From assembly GCA_038320885.1 (NCBI GenBank), contig JBBQER010000002.1, positions 43,086 to 107,085 on the forward strand: a DNA stretch of 64,000 nucleotides, in the 5' to 3' direction. The notes under the pieces are model-generated. The model was not told the DNA's origin, searched no databases, and saw only the letters and a program-made list of their open reading frames with translations. The stretch comes from Acidimicrobiia bacterium. GTDB lineage: Bacteria > Actinomycetota > Acidimicrobiia > IMCC26256 > PALSA-610. Shown here piece by piece: positions 23,109 to 32,206 of the stretch. Made by a program: the position numbers and the translations under genes. Position 1 is the stretch's first letter; every line of letters starts with the position of its first letter.

Positions 23109-24214
23109 ACCACCTCGAGCACGTCACGACCGAGGCGCGCGTCGGATTTGGGCGGCCGCCCGAGGGCGATCGCCTCGGCGAAGTCCTTCAACTCCTGCGG
23201 GTAGCCCTGCATCCAGTCTTCGTCGGGAGCCGGGTACGACCATCCGGCCTTCGTCTCCAGCTTCTCGCTCAGGTATTCGGGTTCGAACACCGTGGCATCG
23301 GGCGCGTACGCGCGCACTGCGGTATTGGGATTGAGGTTCGCCTCCACGACCGCGTTCGACGCGAACACCGTGAGCCGGTTCCGCACGCCGCCGAGGGTCG
23401 TGTCGGCGGCCGTGACCTCGGCCACGGATCCGTCGGTGAACGTGACGAGCACGGAGCCCCAGTCCTCCACGTCTTCATAGCCGGTACGGATGAACTGTTG
23501 GGACTCACGGGCGAACGCCTCCACCTTCGTGAGCGACGCGGTCTGCGCGACCACCGACCGCGCCCGGTGCCCCTCCCGTGCCTTCAGGTGCAAGACCGCC
23601 GCCAACGGGTGACAGCCTTTGCCGAGGAGCGCACCCCCGCCCGCGGTGACCCAGTGCTTGCTCGGCTCGGAGTGCGTACCGCTGTGCGATTCCTCGCCCT
23701 GCATGCGCAGGATCGTCCCCCCGGCCGCGTCGAGCAGACGCTCGGCCTTCACGAACGGGGGCGCGTACAGCCAGTTCTCCGCGTAGCAAAGCCGGCGGTC
23801 GGCGGCCGCAGCCGCGGCGAGCATCGCGTCGGCCGACCGCAGCGCCTCCTCTTGCATCGCGGCGGCGGTCGTCTCGTTGCGCGGCGTGAAGCAACCAGTG
23901 AGTGGCTTCTCGACGATCACGTGCTTGCCGGCGCGCAACGCCGCGATCGCAAAACGCTCGTGCAAGTTGTTCGGCACCCCGAGGTCGACGACGGTCACCG
24001 CCGGGTCGTCCAGCAGCTCCTCGAAGTCGCCGTAGGCAACCTCGAGATCGAACTCGGTCGCGAATTCCCGCGCGCGCTCGAGGTGCGCCGCAACCACGCC
24101 GCGTACATCGACGCGAACGCCGGCAACCTGGCGCCAGCCCGCGATGTGAAGGCGCGCGACGAACCCGGCCCCCGCGATCCCGACCACGACAGCAGCCGCG
24201 CTTTCTTCAGCCAT
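23057..24214 (-). CDS. Gfo/Idh/MocA family oxidoreductase
   Basis: Internal ATG 24212-24214. MAEESAAAVVVGIAGAGFVARLHIAGW... is a Rossmann N-terminus, with EKPL and a GGGALLGKGCHPL region. Confidence 0.8.
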   Translation of the reverse strand: MAEESAAAVVVGIAGAGFVARLHIAGWRQVAGVRVDVRGVVAAHLERAREFATEFDLEVAYGDFEELLDDPAVTVVDLGVPNNLHERFAIAALRAGKHVIVEKPLTGCFTPRNETTAAAMQEEALRSADAMLAAAAAADRRLCYAENWLYAPPFVKAERLLDAAGGTILRMQGEESHSGTHSEPSKHWVTAGGGALLGKGCHPLAAVLHLKAREGHRARSVVAQTASLTKVEAFARESQQFIRTGYEDVEDWGSVLVTFTDGSVAEVTAADTTLGGVRNRLTVFASNAVVEANLNPNTAVRAYAPDATVFEPEYLSEKLETKAGWSYPAPDEDWMQGYPQELKDFAEAIALGRPPKSDARLGRDVLEVVYAAYASVEAGRRIELR

Positions 24215-24232
24215 CGCTCTACGATCGCACAC

Positions 24233-24712
24233 ATGAGCGAGTTGCAGGTCGTAGCGCCGGCGTTCATCGAGATGGCACACCGGATCGTTTGGTGCACCGT
24301 GGCGACGGTCGACGATTCGAACCGTCCACGACAACGAATCCTGCATCCGATCTGGACGTGGGACGGCGACGAGTTGACGGGGTGGATCGCGACCGGGCCG
24401 ACGCCGGTCAAGCGTGCGCACCTCGCGCACAGCTCATTCGTGTCGTGCAACTACTGGTCTTCCTCACACGACACGTGTCTCGCGGAATGCGAAGCGCTAT
24501 GGGCGTTCGACATCGAGACGCGAACCGCGGTGTGGGATTTGTTCACGAACGGGCCCGAGCCCGTCGGCTACGACCCGAGCATCGTCCCGGGGTGGGACGG
24601 TCCCGAGTCGGATGCGTTCGCAGTCCTGCGGCTCGCACCGCGGCGGCTCCGTGTGTTTCCGGGGACGGTGTTGCTGGGTCAGGGCGGCGAGGTGCTGACC
24701 TGGCGGGCCTAG
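24233..24712 (+). CDS. pyridoxamine 5'-phosphate oxidase-like (PNPOx/FMN-binding split barrel) family protein
   Basis: MSELQVVAPAFIEMAHRIVWCTVATVDDSNRPRQRILHPIWTWDG... Only the last 159 aa of track ORF 22367-24712 are used. Confidence 0.6.
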   Translation: MSELQVVAPAFIEMAHRIVWCTVATVDDSNRPRQRILHPIWTWDGDELTGWIATGPTPVKRAHLAHSSFVSCNYWSSSHDTCLAECEALWAFDIETRTAVWDLFTNGPEPVGYDPSIVPGWDGPESDAFAVLRLAPRRLRVFPGTVLLGQGGEVLTWRA

Positions 24713-24739
24713 CGAGAGTGGCACTCGGGCGCGCCGGGC

Positions 24740-26048
24740 GTGCAGCATCGGGGCGTGCCGAGTGAATACGTGCGCAATCAGCCGGACTTCTTCGCGGTCG
24801 GACCGGCGAGCGTAACCGCGGCGATCGACATGGGCTCGGGGATCTGGTGCTCGCCGGGGATGTCTTCGTCGTATCTGATCACCACCGACGACGGACGCAT
24901 CGTCGTCAACACCGGCATGTGGTTCGAGGCGCGCACGCACAAGGGCAACTACGACGCGATCACCACCGCGCCGACGCGCTACATCTTCCTGACGCAGAGC
25001 CACACCGATCACATCGGCGGCGTCGACACGTTCCGCGAAGAAGAAACGCAGCTCGTCGCCCAGGCCGACGACGTGCGCATCCACGGGCTGCGCATCCGGC
25101 GCTCGCTTCCCTTCTTCGCCGACGTGATGGGCCAAACCGGCTACGCGCGCGGCGACGATGCAACCATCCCGCCACTCGCCAAACCCGCGCACGCCGACAT
25201 CACCTTCGATGCCCGGTGCGAGCTCACGTGCGGCGGACGGCGCATCGAGCTCGTCAGCGTCCCGGGGGGCGAAACGATCGACTCGCTCGTGGTATGGCTG
25301 CCGGACGACGGTGTCGCGCTGGTCGGGAACATGTTCTCGGCACTCTTCGGCCACTTCCCCAACCTCGTAACCGTGCGCGGCGACCGCCTCCGCAACGCGC
25401 TTGCGTTCGTCGACTCGGTGCAACGCGTGATCGACCTGGAACCCGAGCTGCTGCTCCTCGGCCATCACGGACCGGTACTCGGTGCGCCGACCATCCGGGC
25501 GGAGTGCGAACGGATCCGCGACGCCGTGCAGTACGTGCACGATGCCACGGTCGTCGCGATGAACGACGGCCGCGATGTGTGGACCGCGATGCGGGAGATC
25601 CGTCTTCCGGAAAACCTCGAGCTCGGCGAGGCCTACGGCCGCGTCGACTGGAGTGTGCGCGCGATCTGGGAGACCTACGCGGGCTGGATCCACCAGCACT
25701 CTACGCTCGAGCTCTACGGCGCGTCGCCCGGGTAGTGGGTCAGTTCAAACTGACCCACTACCGTCGCCCGAGCAGGGCGCGACCGAGATCGTTGCGCTGG
25801 CCGGAGGAACCGACGCCGTTGCGCGCCGCGCGGCCGATCTGCTCACCACGGATCCACTGACTGCAGTTCGCCTGTGCGAGCTTGCGCTCTCGGTCGACAA
25901 CGCGCATCGGGACTCGCTCGACGCCTACCGACGCGCGCACGAGCAGCTGCTGGTCGAGCACGGCCGCGCCAACTTCTGGCTCACGAAGTGGCTCGAAGGC
26001 GAAGTACGCGGCGCGACGAACCGCCTCGAACGGCTCGGACCGAAATGA
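24740..26048 (+). pseudogene. MBL-fold alkylsulfatase-like hydrolase, disrupted by a 40-bp insertion
   Basis: The MBL motif LTQSHTDHIGG is in frame 2 up to TAG 25733-25735. The alkylsulfatase dimerisation-domain-like sequence (EQGATEIVALAGGTDAVARRAADLL...NFWLTKWLEGEVR) continues in frame 0 to 26048. Deleting 25731-25770 joins the two in frame. Confidence 0.8.
25723..25770. mobile_element. MITE-like or footprint insertion: 32-bp perfect palindrome flanked by an 8-bp direct duplication
   Basis: GTCGCCCG | GGTAGTGGGTCAGTT CA AACTGACCCACTACC | GTCGCCCG, with 15-bp arms and a 2-nt spacer. Palindrome plus one duplicate is 40 bp, and removing it restores the host ORF. Confidence 0.7.
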
Positions 26049-27298
26049 GCGAGGCGATTCGCATCGGAGACCTACGCGATCCGCAGCTCAACGCGGATCA
26101 GCGCATGGCACTCGACTACGTGGCGACGCTCGACATTCCTCTCGACGCCGACCTGATGATGGCCGCAGCGCGCCGCCGCGCCGATTGCGAAGACTTCGGT
26201 GCGCCCGACTTCCGGGGCCGACTCGACGCGACCATCGCCGCGGTCGACGCCGATACGAACCTCGGCCCGCTCGGGCGGATGATCATCCAGGGGCGCACGA
26301 TCCGCCTTCTCACCGCGCGCCTGTTGGTCGAGGACCTCGTACGGCGCCGGCCCGAGATCCTCGACATCGCGCTCCTCGCCCCCATCATCGTGATCGGGCT
26401 TCCCCGATCGGGCACGACGCATCTCGTCAATCTCATCGCGGCCGACCGCCGCCTCCGCTCCCTTCCCTTCTGGGAGAGCCTCGAGCCGTGCCCGATGCCC
26501 GGCGACGGGACCGCACGCAACGGCGTCGATCCCCGCTTCTCGCGTTGTCAGGGCGACTACGAGATGCAGCTGCAGATGGTGCCGTTGCTGCCCGCGATGC
26601 ACCACCAGCACCCGATGGCAATCGAAGAGGAGATCGAGCTCCTCGACATCGACTTCTCCGCCTACACACTCGAGTTCTACGCACGCGTTCCCAACTGGCG
26701 CGACTTCTACTTCACGCTCGACCAGCATGCGCACTACGCGTACCTGAAGAAGGTGCTCCAGGTGCTGACGTTCCTGCGGGGCCCGAACCAGTGGGTGCTG
26801 AAGTCGCCGCAACACCTCGAACAAATCCCCGCGCTCCTCGCGACGTTCCCGGACGCCACGTTCGCGATCACGCATCGAGATCCGGTCTCGGTAATCCAGT
26901 CGGCGATCACGATGCTCGCGTACGGTGACCGCGTGCGCCGGGCGTCGATCGAACCGGAGTCGCTCGCAAAATACTGGATCGATCGCATCGACCGGTTGCT
27001 CCGTGCGTGCGTGCGCGACCGTGATCTCCTGCCCCCCGATCGCAGCGTCGACGTGCTGTTCCACGAGTTCATGGCCGACGATGTGGCGATGGTCGAACGG
27101 ATCTACGAACGCAACGGCCGCGAGATGACGGACGACGCCCGCGCCGATCTCGACGCGTTCATGGCCGAGAACCCCCGCGGCAAGCACGGTCGGATCGCGT
27201 ACGACCTCCGCGCCGACTTCGGCGTCGACCCGGACGAGGTGCGCGCCCGGTTCGGCTACTACTTCGAGCGGTTCCCCGTGGTCTTAGAGCCGGCGTGA
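26045..27298 (+). CDS. sulfotransferase family protein
   Basis: Internal ATG 26045 overlaps the upstream stop (ATGA). GLPRSGTTHLVNL is a PAPS 5'-phosphosulfate-binding loop, and the rest resembles bacterial Sulfotransfer_3-type proteins. Confidence 0.75.
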   Translation: MSEAIRIGDLRDPQLNADQRMALDYVATLDIPLDADLMMAAARRRADCEDFGAPDFRGRLDATIAAVDADTNLGPLGRMIIQGRTIRLLTARLLVEDLVRRRPEILDIALLAPIIVIGLPRSGTTHLVNLIAADRRLRSLPFWESLEPCPMPGDGTARNGVDPRFSRCQGDYEMQLQMVPLLPAMHHQHPMAIEEEIELLDIDFSAYTLEFYARVPNWRDFYFTLDQHAHYAYLKKVLQVLTFLRGPNQWVLKSPQHLEQIPALLATFPDATFAITHRDPVSVIQSAITMLAYGDRVRRASIEPESLAKYWIDRIDRLLRACVRDRDLLPPDRSVDVLFHEFMADDVAMVERIYERNGREMTDDARADLDAFMAENPRGKHGRIAYDLRADFGVDPDEVRARFGYYFERFPVVLEPA

Positions 27299-27374
27299 GC
27301 ATCCAGGCGCAGACCGGAGGCCCGGGCCGTCCTCCGACGATCCTTTGTGAGCGAGGGCCGGAGGGTGAAGCCGC

Positions 27375-28361
27375 ATGAGCATCCAGCCGCTCCGCATGGC
27401 CATCGTCGGCTGCGGCGCGATCGCGCACTGGCATCTCGACGCGATCGAGCGCGCCGCCGTGCCCATCACCGTTACGGCCGCCGTCGATCCCGTCGAAGCG
27501 ATCGCGCAGCGCCTGGCCGGCCGAACGGGAGCCCGCGCGTACCCGTCGCTCGACGCCGCGCTCATCGCGGTTCCCCACCATCTGCACGAGCCGCTCGCGA
27601 CCGAAGCGCTCGGCGCGGGCCTGCACGTACTCCTCGAGAAGCCGCTCGCGCCCACCATTGGCGCGTGCGACCGAATGCTCGCCGCCGCGCGCTCGGCGGG
27701 CACCGTGTTCATGGTTGCCGAGAACGCGCAGTACTGGCCGGAAGTGCTGACCGTGCGCGACCTGGTCCGTGACGGAGCGATCGGCGACGTCATCACCGCG
27801 CGCGCCGCGACGTTCTTTCCCGCGCTCGGCGAGTTCTACGGCGGCGATCAGCCCTGGCGCAACCGCGTGGCGGCGGCCGGTGGTGGCGTCGTGATCGACA
27901 CCGGTTCGCACTGGCTCAGACCGCTGCGGGTCTGGCTCGGCGAGGCCGACGAGGTGGTCGCCGCGCTCGGCCGTCCACATCCCGACATGGAGGGTGAGTC
28001 ACTCTGCCGCGCGTTACTGCGGTTCGACTCCGGCATCGTCGCCGCGTTCGACGCGATGCTCACGACCGGCGCCGTCGCGAACCAGCCCCTCTTCACCGTG
28101 ACCGGCACCACGGGTGAGTGCACCATCGAAGGCTCGGGTTGGGTGAAGCTGCACGACGGCTCCGACTGGAAGGGAACGAAAGTCGGCGAGCGCGGCGGGT
28201 ACCTGCTTTCGTACGAGGCCGAGCTCCACGATTTCGCCCGCGCCGTCCAGACCGGAACCGAACCGGCCGCGAGCGCCGAGTACGCGCTGGGCGAGCTCCG
28301 GCTCGCGCTCGCGATGTACCGCTCGGCCGGCACGAAACGTTGGGAGAAGGTGTGGTCGTGA
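27375..28361 (+). CDS. Gfo/Idh/MocA family oxidoreductase
   Basis: MSIQPLRMAIVGCGAIAHWHLDAI..., LLEKPLA. Confidence 0.8.
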   Translation: MSIQPLRMAIVGCGAIAHWHLDAIERAAVPITVTAAVDPVEAIAQRLAGRTGARAYPSLDAALIAVPHHLHEPLATEALGAGLHVLLEKPLAPTIGACDRMLAAARSAGTVFMVAENAQYWPEVLTVRDLVRDGAIGDVITARAATFFPALGEFYGGDQPWRNRVAAAGGGVVIDTGSHWLRPLRVWLGEADEVVAALGRPHPDMEGESLCRALLRFDSGIVAAFDAMLTTGAVANQPLFTVTGTTGECTIEGSGWVKLHDGSDWKGTKVGERGGYLLSYEAELHDFARAVQTGTEPAASAEYALGELRLALAMYRSAGTKRWEKVWS

Positions 28362-29113
28362 ACAACAACACCACTGCCTTCGATTTCGCCGGAGCGCACG
28401 TGCTCGTGACGGGCGGAACGTCGGGTATCGGTCACGCCATCGCGCACGCATTTGCGTCGGCGGATGCGCACGTGACGATCACGGGGACCAAGGCATCGCC
28501 CGCGGCCTACGACACCGACCTCGCGCCGTTCACCTACCGGCAATGCCAGATGACCGAGCCCGCCGCCATCGAGGCCGTCGCCGCGCGTTGCGACCGGCTC
28601 GACGTGCTCGTCAACAATGCGGGCCAGAACCTGCCCGGTGGCCGGAGCGAGTACGAGCCCGACGTGTTCGAGGAGACGGTCGCCGTCAACCTCTTCGGTG
28701 CCTTCCGGATGGCGAGTGCGACGCGCGAGGTCCTCGCGGCGAGCGATCTCGTCGGCGGCGCGAGCGTCGTGAACTTGGGTTCGATGTCGTCGTTCTTCGG
28801 CATCGAGATGGTCCCGGGCTACGGCGCCGCCAAGGCCGGCATCGTGCAACTGACGAAGACACTTGCGGTGGCCTGGGCCAAGCACGGCATCCGCGTGAAC
28901 GCCGTCGCGCCCGGCGTCGTCGACACGAACATGACCAAGCCGATGATGCCCTTCGACCAGCTGACCGCGCCCCTGCTTGCGCGCACGCCGATGGGCCGCT
29001 TCGCCGATGCCCATGAGATCGCGCCGGCGGTGCTGTTCCTGGCCAGCTCGGCCGCGGCCTACGTAACGGGCCAGACGCTCGCGGTCGACGGCGGCTTCTC
29101 GGTCGCCGGCTGA
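28358..29113 (+). CDS. SDR family oxidoreductase
   Basis: GTG 28358 overlaps the upstream stop (GTGA). VLVTGGTSGIGHAIA, NNAG, YGAAKAG, and C-terminal TGQTLAVDGG. Confidence 0.85.
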   Translation: MNNNTTAFDFAGAHVLVTGGTSGIGHAIAHAFASADAHVTITGTKASPAAYDTDLAPFTYRQCQMTEPAAIEAVAARCDRLDVLVNNAGQNLPGGRSEYEPDVFEETVAVNLFGAFRMASATREVLAASDLVGGASVVNLGSMSSFFGIEMVPGYGAAKAGIVQLTKTLAVAWAKHGIRVNAVAPGVVDTNMTKPMMPFDQLTAPLLARTPMGRFADAHEIAPAVLFLASSAAAYVTGQTLAVDGGFSVAG

Positions 29114-29148
29114 TGATCCCGACCCGATGATCCCGCAGGCCTGGGGGC

Positions 29149-29649
29149 TCAGCGCCAGGGCATGATCGCCATCATCATGGCGTCGGGGTCGTACACGAGC
29201 TCGACGTAGAGACCGAGCGCGTCCCACGTATCGAGGTAGCAGAAGCGCAAGCTGCCGAACTGGCTGCCCATCACGTTCGGGAATCCTGACTCGGCGCCGA
29301 GCGCTACCACGGCGTCGAGATCATCGACGATGAACCCGAGATGATGCAGACCGGGACCGTTCGTCGCGAGGAACTCGACGTGCAGGCCCTGTCCGCGGAC
29401 CGGTCGGAGCAGCTCGACCTGCATGTTGCCGCTCCGCGCGAACCCCAATTCGAGCGCGCACGACACCCGGGCACCGCGGAGGTCGTACTCGAGATCGTCG
29501 GCCGGAAGGTTCACGAACTCGCCGCACCCGAGCGTCGAGCGCATCGCGTCGTGCGCGGCGGCGAGGTCGGCAACCACGTAGGCCTGCTGGAAGAGACCGC
29601 CGCCGATCCGCTCGAGCAGCCGACCAACGGGTATCGCGCCATTCGTCAT
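29149..29649 (-). CDS. VOC (glyoxalase/bleomycin-resistance/dioxygenase) family protein
   Basis: MTNGAIPVGRLLERIGGGLFQQAYVVADL...GLHHLGFIVDDLDAVV... Internal ATG 29647-29649. Confidence 0.7.
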   Translation of the reverse strand: MTNGAIPVGRLLERIGGGLFQQAYVVADLAAAHDAMRSTLGCGEFVNLPADDLEYDLRGARVSCALELGFARSGNMQVELLRPVRGQGLHVEFLATNGPGLHHLGFIVDDLDAVVALGAESGFPNVMGSQFGSLRFCYLDTWDALGLYVELVYDPDAMMMAIMPWR

Positions 29650-30398
29650 TCGGCGCGCACCTTCGGCACGCCGAACGCGAGGTTCACGGCGCCGCCGATC
29701 GCGAGCGCGAGCGCTTGGAACGCCACGGTCTGATCCGACCTCACGACCGAACGCGCACCGGCGGGCCTTCGCCACCGAGACCGAACGCCCAGCGTCACAG
29801 CGTGCCCGACAAGATGCCGAGACCGGCGCCGCCCACGACGTCGAGCGGCAGGTGCGCCCGAATAGAGCCGCGCCACCGCGACCACCGACGCGAGCCCGAA
29901 GGCGACCGGTCGCCACGCTCGCGGCATCGACGGAGCGAGGACAGTCGCCAATGCGAACGCGACCGCGGCGTGCCCGAAGACGTAACCGACACCGGTCCCC
30001 GAGTCGCGCAACTTGACGTTGGCGAGCAATGCGGCCGGACGGCCGCGCGAGACGACCCCCTTGATCACCTTCGCCGACCAGAACGCGGTCTGGCTCGCGG
30101 TCAACGCCGCGAGCGTCAACCGCTTTTGTCGAGTGGATACGAACGTGACGACGACGACCACGAGCGAGCCCGCCATGCTCCCGAGTTGCATCGGAACCCA
30201 CACCGACGGCCAGAGCGAGTCGGGTGCCTCGTTCACGCGCTCGAAAAGATCCTCTTCCCAGCCCGGCACGCCGTGGTTCACGGTCACGACGACCCAGCTC
30301 CCGGCCAGCAGCGCCGACGCGCCGAGCACCGCGATTTCCTCGGTCCGCCGAACGCGCTGCTTGCTTTCCGCCGCCATCGAGGTCGAGTCGCGAGTCAA
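29646..30398 (-). pseudogene. PAP2-family phosphatase with frame disruption in its C-terminal third
   Basis: The C1 motif KVIKGVVSRGRP and the C2-like GYVFGH are in the track-ORF frame. The C3 motif (AHLPLDVVGGAGLG) is only readable in the frame of track ORF 29795-29992, which ends at TGA 29795. The track frame becomes protein-like again near its end (LAIGGAVNLAFGVP). Confidence 0.55.
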
Positions 30399-30588
30399 TC
30401 GAGCGTGGACGGCGGCTACTCGTCGGTGAGCAGCAAGAAGTACGCCTGGACGCGCACGAGCGGTCGCCAGTTCGCGATCCTCTCGGGCGGATCGAAGGTG
30501 AGCGCGGCGGGATAGGCACTACTGGTGGGCTGCATGAGGTACCCCCTGGGGTGGATCGACCGACGCTACCCGGGTACATCGCGAGCGT

Positions 30589-30777
30589 TCAGCTCTCTCC
30601 GTCCCACTCTGCGTCCTCGGCGTCCCAGGCCTCGTTGCGCGCGTCGACCCGCTCTTTCCAGTGTTCGGCCGCTTCCCGCGACGGGTACGGGCCGAGGCGC
30701 CGATCGGGCGGGCAACCGTCGGCGCGTTCCGCCGCTTTGTGATCGAGGCACCACCACCACTCGTCGTCTCCGGTCAT
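30589..30777 (-). CDS. small conserved hypothetical protein (62 aa)
   Basis: MTGDDEWWWCLDHKAAERADGCPPDRRLGPYPSREAAEHWKERVDARNEAWDAEDAEWDGES. Internal ATG 30775-30777. It resembles a small protein family common in actinobacteria (from memory, not searched). Confidence 0.55.
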   Translation of the reverse strand: MTGDDEWWWCLDHKAAERADGCPPDRRLGPYPSREAAEHWKERVDARNEAWDAEDAEWDGES

Positions 30778-30809
30778 GGGCGCGCAATGTACCGGCCGGG
30801 CTGGGTCAC

Positions 30810-31604
30810 CTACCCGTGACCCATGCAGATCGCGATCAGCTCCGCGTACAGCTCGTCGACGTCGATGGTCTCGCCCTGCCGCGCGAACCAGCCGCACACG
30901 TTGGTGAGGTCCCGGTGCAGGTAGTCGAGTGCATGTGGATTGGTCGTCACGTCGACGGTCTGCGGGAAGTCGATAAGCCACAGCTCGTCGTGCCACCACA
31001 ACAGGTTGTACGCCGAGAGGTCGGCGTGCACGAAGCCCGCCTCGACCAACAGGCGCAGGCTGTCGATCAGCTGCGTGAAGGCCGAGCGGATCTCGGCCGC
31101 ACCCAACCGGGCTTCGCTCAGGCGCGGCGCGGCGCGCTCCGTGTCGCCCACGAACTGCATGAGGAGACCGTCACCCCGAGGACCGACCGGGTACGGCACG
31201 TTCACGCCCGCCTTCCACGCCTGTTGCATCATGTCGAGCTCGTGGCCGGTCCAGCGGCCGGTAAGCAGCTTCTTGCCGTAGTTCGTCATCCGCTCGGCCG
31301 CGCGTTGGTCGCGGGACTTGGCGAACTTCCGACCGTCGCGGTACGCGAGGTCGTTCATGAAGCTGTTCCCGCGCTGGAATCCCAGCGCTTCGAGCTCACC
31401 CTTGTGCGTAACCGTGCGCGGCCGGTACCGCTTGTGCGCGAGCAGGCACGATCGGTCGAGATACGAGCGTTCGACGACGAAGACTTCGGCTTCCTTGCCT
31501 GATTTCAGGTTCCCGAGATCGACCTCGACGTAGTCGACCTCGTCAGTGATGAGCCACGACGGCGTGGGGCGCACGAGCGCCTTCCTTTCGAGCGTTGGGA
31601 GCAT
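30810..31604 (-). CDS. RIO1-family atypical serine protein kinase
   Basis: LKSGKEAEVFVVER (ATP-binding Lys region), FVHADLSAYNLLW (catalytic loop), LIDFPQ (metal-binding). Confidence 0.8.
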   Translation of the reverse strand: MLPTLERKALVRPTPSWLITDEVDYVEVDLGNLKSGKEAEVFVVERSYLDRSCLLAHKRYRPRTVTHKGELEALGFQRGNSFMNDLAYRDGRKFAKSRDQRAAERMTNYGKKLLTGRWTGHELDMMQQAWKAGVNVPYPVGPRGDGLLMQFVGDTERAAPRLSEARLGAAEIRSAFTQLIDSLRLLVEAGFVHADLSAYNLLWWHDELWLIDFPQTVDVTTNPHALDYLHRDLTNVCGWFARQGETIDVDELYAELIAICMGHG

Positions 31605-31890
31605 GCGACGCGGATGGCGTCCTCCCTCGACCCGGACTCAGAAGGCAGTCGCGACGCGACGGAGGACAGCCGTGACAGAGACATTCATGTGCACGACCTC
31701 CTTCTCGTCGGTGAACGCCCAAGTTTCGTCCCTCGCCCGACGCGGGTCAATCGATTTGGAAGCAAGCCCGTCACTTACCTCGCCCATGCCGACGCGTTTC
31801 GGAGTAGGGTCAAGCCGACGTTTCCCGTTGGTTGCGCCTCACAGGGCTTGTCCCGGACCCCGGCACCCCCTCCTCTCGAAGGAGCGCGGC

Positions 31891-32193
31891 GTGCAGAACT
31901 TCTCGGTAATGGTGGTCTTCGATCATGAGCAACGGGTTGTGATCTCGGGGGAGGTCGACCTGGCGACCGTGCCGCAGATCGACGACGCGTTCTCGCTCGT
32001 CGATGCCGACGTTTTCGTGGATTGCGGAGGGGTCGACTTCATCGACTCCTCCGGGTTCCACGCCCTCGATCGGGGCTTCGAGGCGGCGATTGCTCGCGGG
32101 TCGGCGTTCTCGGTCGTCGGACTGGGCGAGTTGGCGACGCGGGTCGGCGAGATTCTGGGGCTTCCGTACATCGTTTCGCCGGTCGGCGTCTGA
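31891..32193 (+). CDS. STAS-domain protein (anti-sigma-factor-antagonist-like)
   Basis: GTG 31891 is preceded by GAAGGAG. ...VVISGEVDLATVPQIDDAF...VDCGGVDFIDSSGFHAL... Confidence 0.65.
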   Translation: MQNFSVMVVFDHEQRVVISGEVDLATVPQIDDAFSLVDADVFVDCGGVDFIDSSGFHALDRGFEAAIARGSAFSVVGLGELATRVGEILGLPYIVSPVGV

Positions 32194-32206
32194 GGCGTCG
32201 CGTCCG

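Noticed and set aside
22367-24712. 781-aa plus-strand ORF
   Set aside because: Only the last 159 aa (24233-24712, PNPOx-like) look like protein. The rest is antisense to the Gfo/Idh/MocA gene and overlaps the small membrane-protein gene out of frame.
25723-25770. The palindrome as an ordinary intrinsic terminator or protein operator between two genes
   Set aside because: It lies inside a reading frame whose two halves are homologous to a single protein family. It is flanked by an exact 8-bp duplication, and its removal restores the frame. That pattern indicates an insertion event rather than a native intergenic signal.
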